Positions 52,468-62,003 of a DNA stretch of 64,000 nucleotides are shown in pieces. Position 1 is the stretch's first letter. The number at the start of each line of letters is the position of its first letter. The stretch comes from Terriglobia bacterium. Its GTDB lineage: Bacteria > Acidobacteriota > Terriglobia > 2-12-FULL-54-10. The notes beneath the pieces were generated by a model. That model was not told the origin of the DNA and made no database searches. It saw nothing but the letters and a program-made list of their open reading frames with translations. A program made the position numbers and the translations under genes. Location: positions 448,001 through 512,000 of the forward strand of contig CAXVYR010000003.1 of NCBI GenBank assembly GCA_963666975.2, read 5' to 3'.

Positions 52468-53922
52468 TTAGTGGGCCGATCTCGCAAACTTCACGAGGCG
52501 GTCCTCCTCGCCTATTTTGATTGGATGCTGGGGAGCAGTGGCAAGCGGCATTGTGGCCACGGTCGGGGCTTCGCCCTTCCAATCCCAATAGTCCTTCCCC
52601 CAGCGGTAATTGAGAGCGCCGTTCACGGCTAAATTTGTGATCCAGAGAATGAGGTCACCCCGGGTTTTCGGCATGCCCAGCCGTTTGAAGATGGAGCGGA
52701 AGGAGTAAAAGCGCCGCCATGCATGGTTCTTTTCAAAGTGCAGCCGCTTGGCGCTGAGCAGGGGATGGTTGAAAACGATCGTGCCAAGATCGTATTTGGA
52801 CCAATCCCTCAGATGTATCCGTTGCTCGTCCTCAAACTGCCGGTGCAGGGCCGTGCCGGGCAGCGGTGTCAGCAGCGAGAACTGCGCGTACTCCATCTTG
52901 GACTTTTCGATAAAATCGAGCGTTTCCCGAAAAACATCCAGGCCGTCATTGTCAAAGCCGAAGATAAACGATCCCCAAATCTTAATTCCGGCCTCGTGGA
53001 TGCGGCGGATGTCGCGCAGGTATTCGTCGGGGCGGTTGACACCTTTGCCGGCGTCTCGGATGCTCTTGTTGGAAAAAGTTTCAAAGCCGATGAACACCCC
53101 GTGACAGCCGCTCTGTTTGGCTAACTGCATCAGTTCCTTGTCGCGCGCGAAATTGATGGTGACTTGGGATGCCCAATTCAGCTTGAGCGGCAGAAATGCC
53201 TTGAACAACTCCTTAGCTCTCTTGGGAATCCCGATAATATTGTCATCGACAAAGTAAATGAAGCGGGTGCCCATGGAGCGGACTTCCTCCATCACGTTTT
53301 CTACGGGCCGAAATCGGTATTGAATACCTGACATGGTGGTGACCGAACAGAAGTTGCAATTGAACGGGCATCCCCGGGTGGTCTGCGCGGAGTTCACGAC
53401 CACGTAGCCATTCGGGTTAAACAAATCCCTGCGAGGCGGGACGATTTTAGCCAGATCGACGGGTTCCGGGTCGTGATAGCGCGACTTCATCGTTCCATTG
53501 GCAAAGTCCTGCACGATGTCGGGCCACAGGCGGTCGGCTTCGCCTAGCACTACTGCGTCGGCGTGTTCGGCGGCTTCATCCGGCAACATCGAAGGATGAA
53601 TACCACCAAGCACTACGGGTATGCCCTGGGCGCGGTATTTGTCGGCAAGCTCATAGGCGGCAGGAGCCTGGGCCGTCATCGCAGTAATGGCCACCAGGTC
53701 GGCATGCCTGCTCCCATCCAGCGGTTCCAGGCAGCCATCGTCAATGACCACATCGTGCTCGGGCGGCGTAAGCGCAGCCAGGGTCGCCAGGTTCAGCGGC
53801 GGGAAAAGCGCTCCATTCGCACTGAAATTCATGCTCTCCGATATCTTCGAGGCGTACCGGAAAAACTTAGGAGCCGCATACATGTTCGAGCCGTTGTGGG
53901 GATTCACAAACCGAATCTTCAT
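52468..53922 (-). CDS. B12-binding domain radical SAM protein
   Basis: PPLNLATLAA, VVLGGIH, RGCPFNCNFC, FVDDN, GFE, LTPLPGT; start MKIRFVNP. Confidence 0.9.
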   Translation of the reverse strand: MKIRFVNPHNGSNMYAAPKFFRYASKISESMNFSANGALFPPLNLATLAALTPPEHDVVIDDGCLEPLDGSRHADLVAITAMTAQAPAAYELADKYRAQGIPVVLGGIHPSMLPDEAAEHADAVVLGEADRLWPDIVQDFANGTMKSRYHDPEPVDLAKIVPPRRDLFNPNGYVVVNSAQTTRGCPFNCNFCSVTTMSGIQYRFRPVENVMEEVRSMGTRFIYFVDDNIIGIPKRAKELFKAFLPLKLNWASQVTINFARDKELMQLAKQSGCHGVFIGFETFSNKSIRDAGKGVNRPDEYLRDIRRIHEAGIKIWGSFIFGFDNDGLDVFRETLDFIEKSKMEYAQFSLLTPLPGTALHRQFEDEQRIHLRDWSKYDLGTIVFNHPLLSAKRLHFEKNHAWRRFYSFRSIFKRLGMPKTRGDLILWITNLAVNGALNYRWGKDYWDWKGEAPTVATMPLATAPQHPIKIGEEDRLVKFARSAH

Positions 53923-54109
53923 AAGCCCGCCAAGCCTCCAGACACAAAAGTTACTAATTAAAAGTCCCGCCAATCTAGCACAGAAGCTTGCTCCCGTATA
54001 TCGAAATAAATTCAAATAGTTCATTGCTTGGTTCAGTGGGGAGAATGAGGTCGGAGCGGCGCGATCTGGGGTCTTGGATTGTTCCGCTTTGTCGGTCGGA
54101 AGGGGCAAA

Positions 54110-54241
54110 GAGTCTGTGTGAAAACTCGGTTATTACGTCAGGGCATGGCTTCAGTCATGCCGTAACGCATTTTGGAATTAACGCCTTTTCCTTGCGGCTT
54201 CAGCCGCTGAGGTCCTCAAAGCCTGTTTTTCACACAAACTC
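54110..54241. mobile_element. Non-autonomous MITE/REP-like element (132 bp)
   Basis: Terminal inverted repeats gagtctgtgtgaaaa / ttttcacacaaactc (14/15 match); internal palindromes ggcatggcttcagtcatgcc and gcggcttcagccgc. Confidence 0.7.
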
Positions 54242-54517
54242 CAAAGCCCAGGCAGAAAGAGCCTATGGACCGTCGTTTTGGTGGGCAATACGCGCAATTT
54301 TGGGTCTGATTCGCCTGCGGTACACAGTTAAGCCCTTTGTTTTCGCCAAGCGGTGGCTTTGTTTTGCAAAAAATGTTTTTCCTTTCCCTATCCTGCTACG
54401 ACTTTCGTACCCGGATCCCTCCGCTAAAGACAGAACCTCTTGCCAAGTGTGGAGCGTAACTGCCCGTTAGTCCATCGAGAAAATACCGAAGATTCCGCAG
54501 TTGTGGATAGGAAGCGA

Positions 54518-54911
54518 TTATGGTCGAGGCCGCTTTTCCAGTTTGGCGACTCGCGCTTCGAGAACCGCCAATTCGTCGCGCCCTACTTTTTCTTTCAGGT
54601 CGCGCCGGATGATGGAAAGTTCCCCTTTCATTATCTCGATATCCACTTTCATCATTTCAATATCTTCGGTGTTCCTCGCCACCATATCCCGAATTGCCGT
54701 CAATTATTCCTATAGGCCCAGTTGTGCTTCGGCAACCAGTTTAATGTGGGATCGTAAGTCATCAGCAAGAACCTCCATATAGCGGCGGTCTTCCCGCGAC
54801 ACTTCCTCCACAGTATTGCTTGAAATCGTGCCTCAACTCATCCAGGTGTCGCTGGTATTTTTCCCGCTGGCGGGTGAGGATTTGTTCCAGGGTCTGCTCG
54901 TTGAGTTCCAT
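54518..54911 (-). pseudogene. Small coiled-coil protein, inactivated (one frameshift, two nonsense codons)
   Basis: MELNEQTLEQILTRQRE..., then after a shift VEEVSREDRRYMEVLADDLRSHIKLVAEAQLGL*E*LTAIRDMV...LEARVAKLEK. Confidence 0.65.
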
Positions 54912-55012
54912 GGGGGGAGATTATACCATCAGGGTTTGTCTGCTTGCTTGCGGTTCAGTTCCTGGAGCAGCCGGTAAAAATTCTTCTTGGGTTTCGTCCA
55001 GAATACGGGAAA

Positions 55013-56153
55013 TCAACGAGGTACGATTCGAACCGAATCGGTCCCAATAATCGGTGTGCCGGTAAACGTCTCGCCCTTCAGCACCCCCTCCGTGTCGCCC
55101 GACTGGAAACCTGTCTCCTGGGTATCGAAATGGCAGATCAGATCAAGGAAGCCATCGCCGTTCACATCTCCCGGACTGCCATTGCAAAAGGCCAGGCTCG
55201 TTTCGTCGCCCGTCCGACCGAAAGTTAGCGAGGTTGTATCCACGCTCGCCGGAGCGTCAAATGTGGGACCGGAGAGAATAGACACTGGAATTTCCCCTCG
55301 GCTTCTCAGGTTGATGCTGTTAGGATCGCTACCCGGCTTGATGTCGATGGCGACGGTCAAGAGTAGCGGTGGATTACAGGTGAGGTTTCTCGGATCGACG
55401 ATAAAGATTGTGCCGGGTATGTCCGGTGGGGTGAACGGATCGGGGTCAGAAACCTCCGCTATATATAACTTTGAGCCAACCATCGTCACAGCGCCAAGCC
55501 CCTGGATTCCGGGGTTCCGTGGTCCATCACATTCTCGAATAAGAACACCTTGCGTGGTGATCTCGGAAATTGTCATGTCGAACTGACTGCTCACCCAAAG
55601 GTGGTCGGTCGCGGGGTCAAAGGCCATGCCCGCAGGCCGCAGTCCCGTCAGGAACGTCCGAATAGGTGTCCCGGAGCGGTCCGTGACGAGGATCTCGCTC
55701 CCGTCGAAATTCCCAATGTAAAGATTCGTTCCGTCAAAGGCGATAGTTCCCCCCACGGAAGGGTAACGAAAAAGAGTTGAAGATCGTCGTCCCCGTGGAG
55801 TCGATCTCGTACACGATTCCGGCCCCAAAATTGCCAATGTCGCTGACAAACAAGCGACCAGCGCCATCGAAAACGATGTCGCTCGGGTTGCCTCTGCCAT
55901 CGAGGCCCGTCGGACTGGGCGCCAGGAATGAACCCATTATCCCACCTGTTGCCGGATCCAACTTGAAGATTGTCCGAAATCCACTCCCTTCCGAGACATA
56001 CAGGAAGGTCCCGTCATACGCCAAACCGCTTGGCTGAAAGCCAGGGGCAGGAATTGTGGTCTGCGCAGCCGCCCGTCCGGCAAGAGTGAAGAGAAGGAGC
56101 AAAACTCCTCCGCCTCCAAGTAGCGCGTTCGTCATTTTGCTTGTGCGTTTCAT
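55013..56153 (-). pseudogene. Secreted beta-propeller repeat protein with C-terminal IDIKPG..N domain, frameshift in a G6 tract (55749-55754)
   Basis: Signal peptide and repeats GLAYDGTFLYV / IAFDGTNLYI / MAFDPATDHLWV split over two frames; deleting one G restores the ORF. Confidence 0.8.
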
Positions 56154-56227
56154 TAGTTCTCCTTACTACGCCGCAGATTGCAATAATGCGGACGAAAGAG
56201 AAATCCCTCAGGATGGAAACCGAAAAG

Positions 56228-56391
56228 GAAAAACGCGGGTGCCACGGCGTCTTATTTCCTTTCATGCTTGATGGAACGGAGGAAGGATTAAGCCTACAGC
56301 GGAAGCCTAACACTGGTTGGAGGGGGGACAAGAACATTGTGAAAAACGCGGGTGCCACGGCGTCTTATTTCCTTTCATGCTTGATGGAACG
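56228..56391. repeat. Two perfect 51-bp direct repeats separated by 62 bp
   Basis: gaaaaacgcgggtgccacggcgtcttatttcctttcatgcttgatggaacg at 56228 and 56341. Confidence 0.92.
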
Positions 56392-56433
56392 ATGGAATAT
56401 GGCACGGCCACGCAATTAGCGGGGTCTCCCAAA

Positions 56434-56453
56434 GACAGGCAGGAATGCCTGTC
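56434..56453. repeat. REP-like palindrome
   Basis: gacaggca-ggaa-tgcctgtc, perfect 8-bp stem. Confidence 0.6.
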
Positions 56454-56469
56454 CCACTTTGCCACACAA

Positions 56470-56499
56470 TTGACGGCTCCGGGCTTCGGAAGGTATAGT
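56470..56499 (+). promoter_or_regulatory. Putative sigma70 promoter of valS
   Basis: TTGACG, 18 nt, TATAGT, ending 11 nt before the ATG. Confidence 0.55.
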
Positions 56500-56510
56500 C
56501 AAATCGCGAT

Positions 56511-59195
56511 ATGGCAGAGATACCCAAAGTTTACAACCCCTCCGAGATTGAACCAAAATGGGCGCAGGAATGGGTCGAGAAGCGCCTGTTTCAGGCTGCC
56601 ACAGACTCCGACCGGCCCATGTTTTCCCTGGTGATTCCACCGCCGAACGTCACCGGTTCGCTCCACATGGGGCACATGCTGGAGCACACCGAGATTGACA
56701 TCCTCATCCGTTGGAAGCGAATGCAGGGAATGAATACTCTGTGGCTGCCCGGCACCGACCACGCCGGCATCGCCACGCAGATGGTGGTGGAGAAGCAACT
56801 AGCCGAACAGGGTCTGGATCGCCGCAAGCTGGGCAGGGAGGCCTTTGAGAAAAAAGTATGGGAGTGGAAGGAGCAGAGCGGCGACACCATCAAAAAACAG
56901 ATGGTCCGCCTGGGAACCTCCTGCGACTGGTCGCGGGAGCGCTTTACGCTCGATCCGGGGCTTTCTCGCGCCGTGCGGGAAGTCTTTGTGCGCCTCTACG
57001 AAAAGGGTCTGATCTATCGCGGCAACTACATCGTCAATTGGTGCCCCCGCTGCCAGACAGCCATTTCAGACTTGGAGGTAGTGCACGAAGAACACCTCGG
57101 CAACCTGTTCCACATCCGCTATCCGGTGGCAGGCGCCGAGGACGCAGTTAGCAAGGAATGGGTGGTAGTGGCAACCACGCGCCCGGAGACGATGCTGGGT
57201 GACACGGCGGTAGCGGTGAACCCCAGCGATGAGCGCTACCGAAAATTCCATGGCCGCATGGCCCGGCTGCCGCTGATGAACCGTGAGATTCCCTTCATCA
57301 CCGACGAGCTGGCCGACCCTGCTTTCGGCACCGGCGTTGTGAAGGTGACTCCGGCGCATGACGCCAACGACTTCCAGGCCGGGCTGCGCAACGATCTGCC
57401 GCAGATTAACGTGATGGACGAGAGCGGCAAGATGAACGCCAATGCCGGCGCGTATGCCGGCCTCGACCGCTTTGAAGCGCGGAGCCGTGTACTGGCTGAC
57501 CTGAAAGAACAAGGCCTGCTCGAAAAGATCGAACCACATACCCATGCCCGGGGCCACTGCCAGCGGTGCAAAACGGTTGTTGAGCCGCGACTCTCGACGC
57601 AGTGGTTTGTGAAGGTGAAGCCTCTGGCCGAGAGTGCCATTCGCGCCGTCGAGGACGGCCGCACCCGTTTCCTTCCCGACAACTGGGCCAAGATTTATTT
57701 CGATTGGATGCGCAACATCCACGACTGGTGCATCTCGCGGCAGCTTTGGTGGGGACACCGCATTCCCGCCTGGCATTGCCAGGCTTGCAGCCATATCATC
57801 GTGGCGCGGGAAGAGCCGGGCAGTTGTTCCCACTGCCATGCCGGCAAGCTGGAGCAGGACCCAGACGTGCTCGACACATGGTTCAGTTCCGCGCTGTGGC
57901 CTTTTTCTACGCTCGGCTGGCCGGAACGCACCAAGGACCTGGAGACTTTCTACCCCACCTCCTTGATGATTACGGGCTTTGACATTTTGTTCTTCTGGGT
58001 TGCCCGCATGATGATGATGGGCGTGGAGTTCATGGGTGAGGCGCCCTTCCGCACGGTGTACATCCACTCCCTGGTGCGAGACGCGGAAAAACAAAAGATG
58101 AGCAAGACGCGCGGCAATGTGGTTAATCCGCTGGAGGTCACAGAAAAATACGGCACCGACGCGGTGCGCTTTACGCTGGCCATCATGGCGGCGCCGGGCA
58201 CCGATATTGCGCTATCGGAAGATCGCATGGCCAGCTACCGTGCCTTTGCCAACAAGATTTGGAATGCGGCACGGTTTCTATCTCTCAGCTTGGAAAAATC
58301 CGGCGCGGAGCCGTGGACGCCCCCGGCGGACGGCGTATGCCTTCCGCTCAGCGATTCCAACGGCCAGATGGCGCTCGAAGACCGCTGGATTTTTTCTCGC
58401 TTGACGCGTATCGCCGGTGAAATCGGGACGGCATGGGAAGCGTTTCGCTTCCACGAAGCCGCGCATCTCATTTACCACTTCTTTTGGCATGAATTTTGCG
58501 ACTGGTACCTGGAGCTCAAGAAACTGACCTTCGCGCCGCTTCAGGGGCCGCTTCCGCCTGCCTGGGAGAATCTGTGCCGCGCATTTGACCTGTCGTTAAG
58601 GCTGCTCCATCCCATGATGCCGTTTCTCACCGAGGAGTTGTGGCAGCGCCTGGGGCCGCGACAGCAGTCCATAGCGCTCGCTCCTTTCCCGAATTACAAC
58701 CCAACGATGGTGGATGAGTCTGCGGAAAAGGAGATGAATCTCCTGCAGGAGATTATTGGGAACATCCGCAACATGCGCGCGGAGATGCGCGTGGATGCGA
58801 AACGGAAAATCCCTGTAGAGCTTTTTGCCGCCAACGGAAATGTCAGCCGGTTGAGCGGGCAATACAGCCAGGCGATTGAGCGACTGGCAAACCTGTCCGC
58901 GCTGCAACTTGTGGCTGAACCGCTGACGGCGGAGGGCGGGGCAGTGCGGTCGCTGCCGGAGTTTGCGGTGAAGATCGCTTTGAACGACGCGGTGGACGTT
59001 GAGGCGGAACGCAACCGTCTAAAGAAGGAAGAAGAAAAATTGCAGCGCGACAGAAACGCTGTGAGCGCCAGGTTGCAGAACCAGGAGTTCCTTTCCAAGG
59101 CCCCGAAGGATGTTGTCGAATCGCTTCGCCAGCGGAAGGAAGAGTTGGACGTCAAATACTCGAAGGTTACCGAAACGCTCCGGAACCTGAATTGA
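56511..59195 (+). CDS. valS: Valine--tRNA ligase
   Basis: PPPNVTGSLHMGH, DWCISRQLWWGH, KMSKT, C-terminal coiled coil. Confidence 0.98.
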   Translation: MAEIPKVYNPSEIEPKWAQEWVEKRLFQAATDSDRPMFSLVIPPPNVTGSLHMGHMLEHTEIDILIRWKRMQGMNTLWLPGTDHAGIATQMVVEKQLAEQGLDRRKLGREAFEKKVWEWKEQSGDTIKKQMVRLGTSCDWSRERFTLDPGLSRAVREVFVRLYEKGLIYRGNYIVNWCPRCQTAISDLEVVHEEHLGNLFHIRYPVAGAEDAVSKEWVVVATTRPETMLGDTAVAVNPSDERYRKFHGRMARLPLMNREIPFITDELADPAFGTGVVKVTPAHDANDFQAGLRNDLPQINVMDESGKMNANAGAYAGLDRFEARSRVLADLKEQGLLEKIEPHTHARGHCQRCKTVVEPRLSTQWFVKVKPLAESAIRAVEDGRTRFLPDNWAKIYFDWMRNIHDWCISRQLWWGHRIPAWHCQACSHIIVAREEPGSCSHCHAGKLEQDPDVLDTWFSSALWPFSTLGWPERTKDLETFYPTSLMITGFDILFFWVARMMMMGVEFMGEAPFRTVYIHSLVRDAEKQKMSKTRGNVVNPLEVTEKYGTDAVRFTLAIMAAPGTDIALSEDRMASYRAFANKIWNAARFLSLSLEKSGAEPWTPPADGVCLPLSDSNGQMALEDRWIFSRLTRIAGEIGTAWEAFRFHEAAHLIYHFFWHEFCDWYLELKKLTFAPLQGPLPPAWENLCRAFDLSLRLLHPMMPFLTEELWQRLGPRQQSIALAPFPNYNPTMVDESAEKEMNLLQEIIGNIRNMRAEMRVDAKRKIPVELFAANGNVSRLSGQYSQAIERLANLSALQLVAEPLTAEGGAVRSLPEFAVKIALNDAVDVEAERNRLKKEEEKLQRDRNAVSARLQNQEFLSKAPKDVVESLRQRKEELDVKYSKVTETLRNLN

Positions 59196-59241
59196 AAACC
59201 TGAATTGGAAACCCTCGAATTGAAAATTAAGGTTGATTCCC

Positions 59242-60231
59242 ATGTCCGAGCCGACATTAGATCGGCGACTGGACCGGCTCATTGACCTGCTTGCCGAAAA
59301 GGCCACAGTCGTGGTGAGCGGGACACGGCTAGCCGCCGAATTGCGAGTTCCACATTCCACCTTATGGGGTTGGATTGACCGATTACGCAGCATGGGAGTG
59401 GAGGTGAGAGGATTGCCGGGGAGCGGCTTTCAACTTGTAAAGATGCCGGATGTTCTCACCCCGCAAGCCATACGGCGTAGACTGCACCGCGGGCAATTTG
59501 GATGCCGCATCTATCATCATTATAAGATCGATTCCACCATGAACGAGGCTGCGCGGCTGGCGGCTGCGGGCGCTCCGCACGGCGCCTTGGCCGTCGCCGA
59601 GGAGCAAACCGCCGGGCGGGGAAGGCTTGGCCGGAGTTGGTTTTCCGAGCGCACAGCAGGAATCTACTTTACGCTGATTCTCCGTCCGTCCCTTTCTCCG
59701 GCAGCAGCGCCTGTTTTGACGCTTTGGGCCGGGGTGGCGCTGGCCGAGGTGCTGGCAGAGACATCCGGCCTCTCGATGGACCTGCGCTGGCCGAACGATG
59801 TTTTGGTGAAGGGAAAAAAGTGCGCGGGTATTCTGGTGGAGATGACCGCCGAGCCGGAAAAGATCAGCCATGTCCTGGTGGGTCTGGGGATCAATGCGAA
59901 CCACCCGGAAATTCCCAGCGAACTGGCCGCCGAGGCAACTTCGCTGCGTCTCGAAGCGGGACGCGGCTTCTCGCGGCTGGAACTGTTAATTTCGGTGTTG
60001 GAGCGGCTGGAGTATTACTATAATCGTTTTCGGGAACAGGGAGCTGGAATCATTGTCCGGCGGTTCTGCGAAATCTCAAGCTACGCCCAGGGGAAGCGCG
60101 TAAAGGTCACCGACGGATCGGGCATCGTATCCGGTGTGACGGCGGGGCTCACGCCGGAGGGCGTCTTACTCCTCCGGCGCGACGACGGACGAATCGAAAA
60201 GATATTGAGCGGGCAGGTCCGTCCGGAGTGA
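59242..60231 (+). CDS. birA: Bifunctional biotin--[ACC] ligase / repressor
   Basis: N-terminal wHTH, DSTM, EQTAGRGRLGRSW, WPND, KCAGIL. Confidence 0.94.
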   Translation: MSEPTLDRRLDRLIDLLAEKATVVVSGTRLAAELRVPHSTLWGWIDRLRSMGVEVRGLPGSGFQLVKMPDVLTPQAIRRRLHRGQFGCRIYHHYKIDSTMNEAARLAAAGAPHGALAVAEEQTAGRGRLGRSWFSERTAGIYFTLILRPSLSPAAAPVLTLWAGVALAEVLAETSGLSMDLRWPNDVLVKGKKCAGILVEMTAEPEKISHVLVGLGINANHPEIPSELAAEATSLRLEAGRGFSRLELLISVLERLEYYYNRFREQGAGIIVRRFCEISSYAQGKRVKVTDGSGIVSGVTAGLTPEGVLLLRRDDGRIEKILSGQVRPE

Positions 60232-60299
60232 AGGATCTGTCGCCTGGGTATCGGTAAGCAGATCGTGCCAGAGGAAAATTCCGCAGGAGGGTTTCCTGG

Positions 60300-61070
60300 G
60301 TGAGCATGCTTTTGGCTATTGACGTCGGCAACAGCAACACCGTGCTGGGGGTCTTTGAAGACAAAAAGTTGCTGGCGCACTGGCGGCTGACCACTTTGAA
60401 CGAGCAGACAGTGGACGAGTGGGGCATCCTGACACGCAATCTTTTTGCGCTGGGGAAAGTCGATTCCTCCAAGATCGCCGCCATCATCATCGCCAGTGTC
60501 GTGCCGCCGCTGGAGTCTACCTTGGAGGAGGTGGCGGAGAGATATTTCCATCTGCCCGCCCTGTTTGTCCGTCCCAACAACTCGATGGGCATGAAGGTCC
60601 ATTACAATCCTCTTCAGGACGTCGGCGCCGACCGCATCGCCAACGGCATGGCCGCGTTTGAAAAATACGGCGGACCCTGCGTTGTGGTGGACTTCGGCAC
60701 GGCAATTACCTTCGATGCAATTTCGGACAAAGGGGAATATCTGGGTGGTGTGATTGCACCCGGTTTGGGGATTTCATCCGATGCGCTCTTCGCGCGAGCG
60801 GCGCGATTGCCTCGCGTGGACATTCGCCAGCCGAAGTCCCTCATAGGCACCACGACGGTTGGCAGCATGCAATCGGGGCTTTACTACGGCTATCTGGGAC
60901 TGATCGACGGCATCCTGGAGCGGATGGTGGCGGAGTTAGGAAACACATGCCGAGTGGTGGCCACAGGCGGACAGGCAGAGCTTCTGGCGCAGGCATCGAA
61001 GTATATTCAGCAAACCGACGAGTTCCTTACCCTGGATGGGCTTCGAATTCTTTGGGAGCAGAGCCGGTAA
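60300..61070 (+). CDS. coaX: Type III pantothenate kinase
   Basis: IDVGNSN, VGADR, VDFGTA, GGVIAPG, ATGG. Confidence 0.95.
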   Translation: MSMLLAIDVGNSNTVLGVFEDKKLLAHWRLTTLNEQTVDEWGILTRNLFALGKVDSSKIAAIIIASVVPPLESTLEEVAERYFHLPALFVRPNNSMGMKVHYNPLQDVGADRIANGMAAFEKYGGPCVVVDFGTAITFDAISDKGEYLGGVIAPGLGISSDALFARAARLPRVDIRQPKSLIGTTTVGSMQSGLYYGYLGLIDGILERMVAELGNTCRVVATGGQAELLAQASKYIQQTDEFLTLDGLRILWEQSR

Positions 61071-61246
61071 GGGCAGTCGGTGACGATTCTAAAGCGACCG
61101 TTGCTGATTTTTGAAGAGGGGAGCCAGCTGGACTATCGTGAACTCTTCCTGAAACAAAAAGAAGCTGCCCGCAAGCGAACTGGACCGGGTCGGGAAACTT
61201 CCGCCGGAGGCAGTGACAGGGCCCGGCGTTTGGTTGATCCTTCACA

Positions 61247-61942
61247 ATGGAGAACTACTTCAACTACTTTACCGAGATTGAGGAATACTTCTGGAAGAAG
61301 CGTGGCACGGCGCTGCTGATCTCGACGCTCGATTGGGCTTTGATCGACTCCTGGAAAGAGGCGCAGATTCCGCTGGAAGCAGTTCTGCAAGGAATTGATC
61401 GCGCCTTTGAGAAACAGGAGTCCCGGCGGAACAAGGCGCGCAAGGTGAACTCTCTGGCTTACTGCCATCAGGAAATCTTGGCGGCCACGGCTGAGAAGCA
61501 GCGCTCCACTCTTCATCACGGTTCGGAAGGGGAGCCATTTCCGCGCGAGGAACTGGCAACGTTCTTGGATCGCAATGCCGCCGCTTTGGAAAATGCCTCC
61601 CGGCAATTCGAGGAACAAGGAAGGCCGGAATCGGCGGCAACCTTTCGCTCGCTGGCGGGTTCCCTGGCTGAACTGGCAACGGCTGCCAGATCGAATGCGC
61701 CGATGAATCTGGAAGAGACCGAGCAAAGGCTCAGCGTTCTGGAGGAAAAGATGTTCTCGACCCTTCAGCAGGCTGCCGAAGAAAATGATTTGGTGGCGAT
61801 TCGCAGCGAGATGGACCGGGAATTGGCTTCCGTTCGGAGAAGGATGAGCGCGGAACAGATCGCGCTCATCCAAAAGCAGTTTCTGCAGCGAAAGCTGCTC
61901 GAAGCGGCAGCGTTGCCCCGGCTGAGTCTCTTCTATTTATAG
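61247..61942 (+). CDS. Hypothetical helical protein
   Basis: 231 aa ORF in operon context; MENYFNYFTEIEE...PRLSLFYL. Confidence 0.75.
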   Translation: MENYFNYFTEIEEYFWKKRGTALLISTLDWALIDSWKEAQIPLEAVLQGIDRAFEKQESRRNKARKVNSLAYCHQEILAATAEKQRSTLHHGSEGEPFPREELATFLDRNAAALENASRQFEEQGRPESAATFRSLAGSLAELATAARSNAPMNLEETEQRLSVLEEKMFSTLQQAAEENDLVAIRSEMDRELASVRRRMSAEQIALIQKQFLQRKLLEAAALPRLSLFYL

Positions 61943-62003
61943 AGTAAGTATTTATAGAGCAAGAAAATACTGTCAGGCGAATGATAATGATGAAAGATGA
62001 ATA

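Noticed and set aside
56228-56391. CRISPR array
   Set aside because: Only two repeats of 51 bp, a 62-bp spacer and no cas genes.
48494-56400. Prophage or integrative element
   Set aside because: No integrase, transposase, phage structural genes or matched att pair could be identified.
59185-59230. BirA operator upstream of birA
   Set aside because: These are direct repeats, not the TGTAAACC-N-GGTTTACA inverted operator.
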